Part shown: positions 9,996 to 18,837 of the stretch, piece after piece
Position numbering within the stretch: position 1 is the first letter of the stretch
Layout of the letters: each line of letters begins with the position of its first letter
Assembly (NCBI RefSeq): GCF_004010195.1
Contig: NC_057719.1
Coordinates: 3,871,691 to 3,891,690, forward strand
Direction of reading: 5' to 3'
DNA from: Chiloscyllium plagiosum
Taxonomy: Eukaryota
DNA length: 20,000 bases
Notes under the pieces: generated by a model
Seen by the model: only the letters and a program-made list of their open reading frames with translations
Database searches by the model: none
What the model was told of the DNA's origin: nothing
Translations under genes and position numbers: made by a program

Positions 9996-10085
9996 TAGAT
10001 TATAAGGAGTTTAATTAATGAGGGGTCATGATTTATGAGGTCTTTGATGTTTTAAGAACATAATTTCTGAGTGGTTTTATTTATG
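9996..10085. repeat. Continuation of the GATTTATGAGG minisatellite
   Basis: GATTATAAGGAGTTTAATTAATGAGGGGTCATGATTTATGAGGTCTTTGA. Confidence 0.65.
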
Positions 10086-10556
10086 TGGCAAATATGTGAT
10101 GAATGGTCATCTTTTCATATCTGCTTCATCGTTTTCAAGATTTGGAAAAAAACATTTCTCAAAAGCATTTCAAAATTTTTGATTAAGAATGCATTTAATG
10201 GTTGCTATTTAGCAGGCAAACAACATTACTCTTCATGGCAACATCAAACTGTTAACTAAAGTATCATGTAGCAAATCTAGTTTGTTTTTAACAATTTATC
10301 CATTTTCTTCCACTTTCCATTCTCCTCACATACATCTGGAACAAAGTCATGATCTTTTGGCCTGACATTTAATGCGTGATTCATAGGACAACTCCAAACG
10401 TTCATTTTGAAATATGGCCAGCAATGTTGCAAGGTCAACTTAAGCTCAGGCTTGAGGGTCCAATAATTGTCCATGGGATCTTTGGGGTAAAGGAAGGAAA
10501 AAAAAATTCTTAAAAACAAGAGAAATTATTTTTTTTAAACAAACAAGATCAATGCT

Positions 10557-10713
10557 CTTTTTGCTGAGAATAAACAAGGCTGCTTTTGATGAGCAAAATG
10601 AATCAAAAATCATAAAGTACAGTCTTCTGCCTGTCTGTGTGTAGGCAACAAATCAAGATATGTAAAGGGGAAACTGCTTTGAAATTGGACAATAATGTAA
10701 TTCTATTCCCACA
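10557..10713 (+). repeat. Likely donor copy of the inverted duplication
   Basis: Reverse complement of 9538-9694, embedded in sequence with no recognisable repeat. Confidence 0.95.
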
Positions 10714-11300
10714 CAATGCCAGGAATTTAGCAAGGTATTTGAGACAGCCACAGCACAGGAGATGAGTAAGGATCAGTGGGGACTGCTGTCAATTGTGTGT
10801 AATGGATCTGTAAGGCTGAAATGGGCCAGAGTGCAGCCAGAGTGCTCCCCTTCCATACTGATGGCCAGGAAAACTCAAGGCCTTTATTTTGAATAAACCT
10901 TTGGGAGATGTCAGACAGTGAGCACATTTTGAGGCATCCTAAAGCTTTCCCTCTACATCAGTAGCACCATCTCGCCCCTTGTGGGCCCTTGACCAGTTTG
11001 TCTTGAGGTCTCCAATTTGACCTCCAAAACTATCTCCTAATGTTCTTAATTGAACAGTGAACGGCTGTCCTTTGCAAGATAGCAGTGCAGACCATATTTC
11101 TGATCTATGTGGGTTAACGACCTGCAGTGCATCTAACATTTGAAATCTCTCAAAGCTGATAAAATTTCACCTTAAATAAGCATTGATATTGACACTATAC
11201 ATTGAATTTGACAATAAATGCATGACATTATTTTAAATAAGATGTGATAATTCCTTACTCCACATATGTGAAATGAAAATCCAATAAAACTGATGAATGA

Positions 11301-11432
11301 GCCATCCTGATGAAGGGCTTTTGCCCGAAACATCGATTTTCCTGCACCTCGGATGGTGCCTGACCTGCTGTGCTTTTCCAGCACCATTCTAACTTTACTC
11401 TAATCTCCAGTATCAGCAGCACCCACTTCCAC
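11301..11432 (+). mobile_element. Solo PLE terminal repeat with hammerhead motif and 11-bp TSD
   Basis: ATC-CTGATGA(11307)-A-GGGC-TTTT-GCCC-GAAA-CA-TC-GAT. CTGATGAATGA occurs at 11290-11300 and 11433-11443. Confidence 0.8.
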
Positions 11433-12139
11433 CTGATGAATGAAACATACTGGTCTGATTCACCTTGTACATTTCAAAATGGAGCTCTAGTATCACTAAT
11501 GTGTTCATTTCCAAGCGTTATTTCTGTTTTACCATCATTTTTCCCTTCCAGGATGTGCTGTACGATAAATGGAATGCAAAAGATGGGGATTTTGGGGCTT
11601 TAAGGGATGGGCAGACAGGCCGAGATGGTGGAAGAGTTTTGGAATAATATGGTATTTACAGAGGATGAAGAATGAGAAGTCATTGAGAAATTTGAAAGTG
11701 ATATAGGTAGAATATGGATTTCAGCTGATGAACTGAGGCACTGGGAGATGATTATTTATAAGGAGCTGGAAGTAAATAGTCAGTCAGATGGAGAAGATAT
11801 GAAGAAGGAGTTTCAAATCATGCTCAACTATTTTTTCAATGTTATGAACTGGCTCAGCCTGGTGTACTGGGGTTGGGGGTTGATGTTAGTGGTGAGGACT
11901 CTTGAAACGATGAAATTGAAAAGATTGAAAAGATAATATTTGAATGTTTGTGAAAGTGTGGTGAGTTTGTCATGGGTTTATGCTATTGCTGCCTGAGGGC
12001 CTGATTAAACCCTGAAGAGTTAGCTTAGGCCCTTTCTTCGGATGTAATTGAAGTAGTTGTGTATGAACATATGACATGAATTAGAGACAATATAATCCAT
12101 GCAGAAAAATAATCTCAGCTCAAAGACAGACTGCACTGG

Positions 12140-12350
12140 AATTACACTGAATCTGTGGCACAGAACTAGGCCATTGAGACCACCTGTTGAGCCTGTGTAT
12201 ACTGTACTTTCACACTGGCTTCCATCCACCTTGACCATTCTGCCTCTGTAACCTCCTACTTGTCTCTGTGTCATACATACATTAAACCTCCTCTTCAATG
12301 CATCAATTGAGTCAATTTAGTCACTCTCTCTTTTTAAAGAATTTCCACTG
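12140..12350 (-). mobile_element. Old CR1-type 3' tail
   Basis: GGCACAGAACTAGGCCATT...AACCTCCTCTTCAATGCATC...GAATTTCCAC fits the reverse of a CR1 end. Confidence 0.45.
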
Positions 12351-13004
12351 TGTTATTTATAGAACTTGTTTATTTAAACTGGTATGATTTCAACAGCTCA
12401 GATCTAAATTAAGCAAGTTATCAACATCGCATGATATTCTCTAAGAAGGTATTCATTAATGCGTTTGGACTGCTTGCCTGCAATTTTACAAATCTAAGAA
12501 CATTTTTATTTCTTTTAGACTGTGGACTAATAAATCAGAAAAGGTATTGTTTTAAACCAAGAAAGAAGATGTGAATGAGGATATTGCAGTTTTAAAATCA
12601 AGAATTTAAGTGAGGTTGCAAGGCATATTGGCTCCTTGTTAGTCTGTGTATGTTTAGGGCAGTTTTGCCCAGAGATGACCCTTTGGTTTTTCAACTGACC
12701 AGTGGTTATGCATTTGGAAGGGCTCAGCATAGGAGAAAAAGATCTGAATGGATCCTGGGCAAGTGTTACAGTCTTGTTAAAATATTGAACCCACAAGGAG
12801 AAAGCACCACAATTTCTCTCTCCCCTCTTCTGTGTTGAGTAGGAACTGAATATCTCCCAGTAGCTGTTCTCACACACTCACCAATTTCTTGTTAACAGCT
12901 CTCTCTGCAAATTGATTGTTGAAAGGATAAAGAAGTAAAAATCACCTTCAGAGACACTGAATTTGCCAATTCCTAACCAGTGAATGCATGACAGCATCAT
13001 GCAA

Positions 13005-13145
13005 CAGTAGTAAGGCGTTTAAATGGTCATTGGAGAGACATAGGGACAAAAATGGAATAGTGAAGGATAGATCGGCTTCGGATTGGTTTCACAGGTCGGT
13101 GTAACATTAAGGGCTGAGAAGGCCTGTACTGCACTATAATGTTCT
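13005..13145 (+). mobile_element. CR1 3' tail
   Basis: GCGTTTAAATGGTCATTGGAGAGACAT...GGTCGGTGTAACATTAAGGGCTGAGAAGGCCTGTACTGCACTATAATGTTCT. Confidence 0.7.
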
Positions 13146-13239
13146 CAGCATCAGCGTGCAAACAACTTCATCTCATCAGCAAAATTGAAAGGAGGCAAAA
13201 GGAACTAAAAGGAAGCAATTCATCAATTGTAGTGAAAGA

Positions 13240-13981
13240 AATGTTTAACATGCTTGCCTTTATTGGTCAATGCATTGAGTATAGGCGTTAGGAGGTCATG
13301 TTGCGGTTGTACAGGACATTGGTTTGGCCACTTTTAGAATACTGCATTCAATTCTGGTCTCCCTGTTATCGGAAAGATGTTGTTAAACTTGAAAGGGTAC
13401 AGAAAAGATTTACAAGGATGTTGCCGTGGTCAGTCTAAGAATAAGGGGTAAGCCATTCAGGACTGAGATGAGGAAGAATTTCTTCACTCAAAGCGTTGTT
13501 AATCTGTGAAATTCCCTCCCACAGGAAGCTGTTGGAACCAGTTCATTAGATATTTTCAAGAGCGATTTGGACATGGCCCTTGCAGCTAAAGAGATCAAGG
13601 GTTATGGGGAGAGGGTGAGATACTGAGATTGTATAATCAGCCATGATCAGATTGAATGGTGGTGATGGCTCAAAGGGCTGAATGGCCTACCCCTGCACCT
13701 ATTTTCTATGTTTCTACATTTTTCTACATACAAAGATTTGAGCTAAAGAGAGAGGCTGAATATGATGGAGATATTTTCCCTGGAGCTTCAGTTGCTGAGG
13801 AGTAACCATACAGAGATCCATAAAATGATGAGGGGCATGGATAGGGCTTCCCAGAGTAGAGGAGTCCAAAACTGGAGGGTATAGGTTTAAAGTGACAGGG
13901 GAAAGGTTTAGAAGTGACTTGAGGGGTAACCTTTTCATGCAGAGAGTGGTGCATGTATGGAGTGAGTTGCCAGAGGAAGTG
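13240..13981 (+). mobile_element. CR1/HER1-type LINE fragment (13240-13426 and 13731-13981) hosting a nested CR1
   Basis: MLAFIGQCIEYR...LLEYCIQFWSPCYRKDVVKLERVQKRFTRML, then ERFRSDLRGNLFMQRVVHVWSELPEEV. Confidence 0.85.
13427..13730 (+). mobile_element. Nested CR1 3' end of a different subfamily
   Basis: SLRIRGKPFRTEMRKNFFTQSVVNL, plus its own 3' UTR and a TTTCTATG/TTTCTAC tandem tail. Confidence 0.8.
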
Positions 13982-14740
13982 GCAAGGGGTGCAGAGAGAA
14001 ATGGGAGGGGCTGGGCTGGGGGGAAGGTAGCTGAGAGTGCAACAGGTAGGTGGAGGTCGGGAAATTATGGTGATAGGTCGGGGAGGAGGGTGGAGCGGAT
14101 AGGTGGGAAGGACGATGGACAGGTAGGACAGGTCATGAGGGCGGTGCTGAGCTGGAAGCTCGAACAGGGATGAGGTGGGGGGAGGGGAAATGAGGAAACT
14201 GGTTTGGAGGGTCCCGAGGCGGAAGATGAAGCGATCTTCCTCCAAGTGTCGGGTGGTAAGGGAGTGGCGATGGAGGAGGCCCAGTACCTGTATGTCCTTA
14301 GCAGAGTGCGAGGGGGAAGTTGAAATGTTTGGCCATGGGGCAGTGGGGTTGGTTGTTGCAGGTGTCCCTGAGATGTTCTCTGAAGCGCTGTCCGAGTAGG
14401 TGTCCTGTCTCCCCAATGTAGAGAAGACCGCATCAGGAGCAATGGATACAGTAAATGACATGTGTGGAAGAGCAGGTAAAACTCTAATGGATGTGAAAGG
14501 CTCCTTTGGGGCCTTGGATGAAGGTGAGAGGGGAGGTGTGGGTGCAGGTTTTGCAGTTCCTGAGGTGGCAGGAGAAGGTGCATTGAGGGGAGCGTGGGTT
14601 GATGGGGGTCGTGGACCTGACCAGGGAGTCATGGAGGGAATGATCTTTATGGAAAATAGATGGGTTGGGGAGGGAGATATATCTCTGGTGATGGGGCACA
14701 AAAGGAATTGCAAAACCTGTGCCCACACCTCCCCCCTCAC
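13982..14740 (-). mobile_element. PLE 3' portion: Cys-rich linker, GIY-YIG endonuclease and pyrimidine-rich 3' region; frameshifted
   Basis: DHSLHDSLVRS...TFSCHLRNCKTC...QGPK..F; VIYCIHC..CGLLYIGETG..L..RFREHL; HSAKDIQVLGL...LEEDRFIFRLGTLQ. Confidence 0.9.
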
Positions 14741-14889
14741 ACATAACATTGAGTAATTTGGAGGTTTAATGAAATTTCCACATTTTAACAATCGCACGAA
14801 TAGTGATGCTTGAATCCCACACACTACCCTAGTGAGTCATGGCTTATAATAAGAGTCCTTGAACATACAAACACATCCAATTAAAAAAA

Positions 14890-15180
14890 ACCTTTGGAGA
14901 TGAGGAGAAATTTCTTCTCTCATAGGGTCATTACTATTTGGAATTCTCTTCCCCAGTACACAGTGGGGGATAGGTCATTGAATGTAAGAGGTTGAGTTAG
15001 ACAGATTTTGGACTGGTTAGGGAGTCAAAGGATATATGAGGGTAGGTGGAATAGATAGGAAATTGGAGACCACAATCAGATCAGCCATGACCTATTTGAA
15101 TGGTGGAGCAGACTTAGGACAGGGAGTCAAATAGCATATCTCTGCACATATTTCTGATGTTCTTATGTTTTTATGTTCTA
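14890..15180 (+). mobile_element. CR1 3' fragment
   Basis: GAGATGAGGAGAAATTTCTTCTCTCA...TGGAATTCTCTTCCCCAG...GATCAGCCATGA...GAATGGTGGAGCAG, with a TTATGTT tail. Confidence 0.8.
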
Positions 15181-15312
15181 TTTATATTGCTTATTTAAAC
15201 TCATAACATGTAACAAAGCACTTGACTAGAGCATTAGAAAACTGCGATGCCAGACCACTAAAGGAGATATTAGGTTAGAAGGTCAAAGGTACAGAGACTG
15301 CTCTCTCCTGCG

Positions 15313-15890
15313 ACATGTGAACTTACAAACTAGGGGCAGAAATAGACCATTTGGCCCCTCAAGCCTACTCAATATTTACACAAATCATGACTGATCTGTT
15401 TGTGTTTTAAATTCCGGATTCCTGTTGAGCCCTGATAGCCTTTGATTCCCTGCCTAACAAGGAATTATCCATCTCTGTCTTAAAAATCATCAATGGCCAT
15501 GCGTCCACTGTCTTCTGAGACAGAAAGTCATACAATCGTCTGAGATAAAAACATTCCCCTCATCACTAATCCCTAATTTGAAAAAGGTAGATGAAGTCAG
15601 AAGTCATTAGGCTAGTCAAACAGAGTTATTTGAAATCACAGAAGCGCTCCTTCTTCATCAGGTGAAGCAGGTAGCCACTTTATGGCTACGTTCGACAATT
15701 TATAAAGGTGTCCCTTGCTCTGGACTGATTCACAAAAGGAAAGTTCTACTTCTCGCCCAGCTTGTCAAGACCATTCGGGACCTTCTACATTTCAACCAAG
15801 TCACCTCTCAGTCTTCTAAATTCCAGTGGAAACAGGTTCAGCCCATCCAACCTTTCCTCATAGGTCAACCTGCTTATTCCAGGTATCATG
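15313..15890 (-). mobile_element. CR1 3' fragment, interrupted by a PLE repeat
   Basis: Homologous to 3298-3852. Confidence 0.7.
15590..15667 (-). mobile_element. Decayed PLE terminal repeat (same family as 7021-7113)
   Basis: Reverse complement reads CTTCAC-CTGATGA-AGAAGGAGCGCTTCT-GTGATTTCAAATAA...TGACTTCTGAC; the GAAA box is lost. Confidence 0.6.
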
Positions 15891-16789
15891 TATCTTTCTG
15901 TGGATTAGTACAGGCTGAGCACTGAACCCAGGATCTTGCTAACACCCTAAGCCAATGATCCAGCATTAATTTTCATTGCTACATAGGAGATAGTGGGGGA
16001 GACTATTTTCATCAGTTAAAAGTTGAATTAAATTGAGTCATCATTATTCAGTGCAGCTACTTAACTGCTGTTTATGACACTTCCCATCCCACCAGTACTG
16101 CACCAACTCCAAATACTGTTATGCATTAGTCACACAAACACATCTCATTCACTTCACTCAGGCGGACGTGATCTGCATAGTTTCCCACCTACACAGAAAA
16201 ACACATACAGTCACAACTGCTGGATCCACTGCAAAATGACATGTCTGACTTAGTTGCAGGGGCCATCAGCCAGGAAGACCAGCTCCATCAGCTGGACACG
16301 TCCTTTGCAAGGTGTGTGTCTGTCTGAGTGACTGCTGGTCTGCAGGATATGTGTGCGAGTGAGAGCATGCTGTTCACTGAATGAATGACTGGGGCTTTGA
16401 ATTTCCTGGACTCCACAGCAGTAAGTATGACACAAGCATCGCTTTCTAATTCCAGATGCGTTTGATTTCTACCTAGCTGCTGGCAACTATGCAACTACAG
16501 TAAGTCTGTGGAAATTCAGAGCCTTTGGTTCAAATTTTACAGTAATGGGGATCTTGCAATGTTAGATCATTTGTTAGGTTTTTAGCCTCAGCCTGAAAAA
16601 TGCTTGCATCTTAAATTCTTGAAAGTCTTATTTGATAACGGGACATCTGGAATCTTAGTAAACAATGATCTACGGTTGATGGAAATGGTTAATATAAGGT
16701 ACAATGGTCAAGTCTAAGGATTGAGAAAGAAACAGAGGAATAATAGAAAAAGAAATAGGATAGAAATAAGTGAAGCTAGAAACAGGGGA

Positions 16790-17083
16790 ATAGCTTCAAA
16801 ATAAGAGTGAACAGATTTACGAGTGAATTGAAGAGGAACTTCTTCATCTAAAGAGTTGTGAATCTGTGGAATTCCCTGCCTAGTGAAACAGTTGGGGCTA
16901 CCTCATTGAATGTTTTAAAGGCAAAGATAGGTTTTTGAACAGTAAAGGAATTTGGGGTTATGGTGAGTGGGCGGGTAAGTGGAGCTGAGTCCATGAAAGG
17001 TCAGCCATGATCTTATTGAATGGCAGAGCAGGTACGAGGGGCCAGATGGTCTACTCCTGTCCCAATTTCATAAGTTCTCATGT
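16790..17083 (+). mobile_element. CR1 3' fragment
   Basis: ELKRNFFI*RVVNLWNSLPSETV..TSLNVLKAKI, followed by the CR1 3' UTR. Confidence 0.85.
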
Positions 17084-17321
17084 TAAAAATTAGAGTCAAA
17101 TCAAGTACTGAAAGAAAGGAAAAGAAGTAAGAGAGACAGGAAAACAAAGGAAAGGTAATTCTTTAAATTTAGTTTTTAGAATTTTAAAAATCTCTAACAA
17201 CAATTTAATGTCTACGGGACTGGGAGATTCCAATTGGAATTGTTCATTTTTTGTGCCAAAGAGGTTAATTGACACCGAAGGAACTAAAATCTTGTTGTTA
17301 AAAGCTTCCTAAGTCAGAGAT

Positions 17322-17334
17322 CCAAGATGGCGGC
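17322..17334 (+). promoter_or_regulatory. YY1 consensus site at the L1 5' end
   Basis: CCAAGATGGCGGC matches the YY1 consensus AAGATGGCG, about 160 nt upstream of the ORF1 ATG. Confidence 0.6.
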
Positions 17335-17488
17335 AACCCAGCAAGTCTGAGTCTATAGTGCTCTGCCCAAGACTCAGGCAAAGTGGGCTGCCCGCCTCCA
17401 CCACACCTGCCAAATCATTTAAAATAACTTTTATTTAATACAGCTCGTCATTTTGCACCAAACCTGAGCAGTTTAGTGCCCCGTTAAA

Positions 17489-18115
17489 ATGACTAAAGGA
17501 AAGAATGTCCGCAGCTCGAAGCACACAGGAACCCCTCCCCTACCCTCCCCAGCTGCAGCAAAGGTGTCCGCAGCCACCCCGGGGGAGTTACCTACGGTGG
17601 CGAGCCTTGTTGCTGTGATTTCCAAGCTTGAAGCAAAGATCGACGCCTTCATAGAAGAGTCCAAGAACAGATGGGAATCGTTGTTGGCAGCGCTGCAGAA
17701 GCACAACCAAGACATGAAATTTATTGAATCTGGAGGCTGATCAGGCTAGGTAAGGGTAGAATGGACCTACTGGTTTGCAATACGCAGGCCCGGGTCAGAC
17801 CAGCGCCCCCGCCCGGTCCTGTTCCGGCTGCAGTGCTACAAGGAGAAGCAGATGCTCCTGGAAGCTTCCAGAAATCTTGGGAAAGATCCCCAAGCCATGA
17901 TTTACAAAGGATCCAAGATTATGCTGTTTCAAGACTTTTCCCCAGCTCTGGTCCAAAAGAGGAGGGCATTTGAGGAAACAAAGAAGTGTTTAAGGGATTT
18001 AAACATTCAGTACTCCCTGCGCTACCCAGCGTCGCTACGTTTTAGCCACGAAGGGTTCGTGTATAACTTCGGATCGCTGGAGAAGGCCAAGAAATTTTTG
18101 GACTCTCTTAGATAA
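17489..18115 (+). pseudogene. L1 ORF1p remnant with internal deletion and frameshift
   Basis: Coiled-coil-like ISKLEAKIDAFIEES..., a break near 17715-17750, then RPRPVLFRL..YKEKQMLL and GSKIMLFQDFSPALVQKRRAF...YSLRYPASLRF...AKKFL. Confidence 0.85.
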
Positions 18116-18837
18116 ATTGTAAGAGTTAACTCGTGTGGTGAATAATGTTGTTCTGCTCCCTGCCACCCCCTTCCCTGGTTCACCCTTTTTTCTCTTCTAT
18201 TACTTCATTGCTTAATATTATCTCCGGGGGGTAGGGAGGGGGCTTATTTGTTCTCCATTCTGCAATTTTCTCCTTTTTTTAAATATATATAGGCCGGGTG
18301 GTCTAGTCGATTTAGGTGAGGAGGGGTCTCTGCTTTGTCTTATTTTTTTCTCTTTCTTTTAAAGCTGGGTTGTTTCCCCATGTTATTTTGTATTACCATA
18401 CTTAATTATTATCTGCTGAGACTGTAATTTTGTATTTTATATGTTTATACGTGCTATTAACATCACCAAATATACAAATTTACTTGGGTTTTGGGGGGGG
18501 GGGGGGCGGGTGAGGTAGGGTACTCACTGTTAACTTTAGCTTTGTAGTACAGTTGAATTTTCTTCATTTTATTATAGGGTGCCTGGGTCGAGGGTGGGGC
18601 ACTGGTTGGGAGAGGTTATGATGGGTTTTCAGAAAGGAAGTGGTGTCCCCAGGAAACAAGGGGGAAAATCTCTGTTAAATATGTTTTATATTTTTTTCTA
18701 TTTAGAAATAGTTTGTTATTATATTGGTGTGTGTGTATTAAAGAGTCTCTATTTTTGTGAATTTTCTATGGTCTATGCTCGGGATGTTTTGGATGGGGTT
18801 TCTCCTCCTGGGGGGTCTCGGACTTGCCTGGATGATT

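Noticed and set aside
9538..10713. DNA transposon bounded by long terminal inverted repeats
   Set aside because: There is no TSD, and the interior continues the SINE, CR1 and satellite that begin outside the left arm.
11290..11460. Box C/D snoRNA (TGATGA...CTGA)
   Set aside because: The motifs are explained by the hammerhead core and the TSD, and there is no convincing terminal stem.
11530..12000. Purine-rich tract, possibly an old antisense L2-type LINE
   Set aside because: No diagnostic motif could be recovered by eye.
12650..12838. ORF with RRKR-SEWI, resembling a cadherin propeptide cleavage site
   Set aside because: Only a short motif matches, with no canonical donor at the expected place and no cadherin repeat sequence; not fully excluded.
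13724..14824. 366-aa minus-strand ORF as a novel gene
   Set aside because: It reads through PLE sequence, mostly off-frame, and antisense CR1; the C-rich strand is poor in stop codons.
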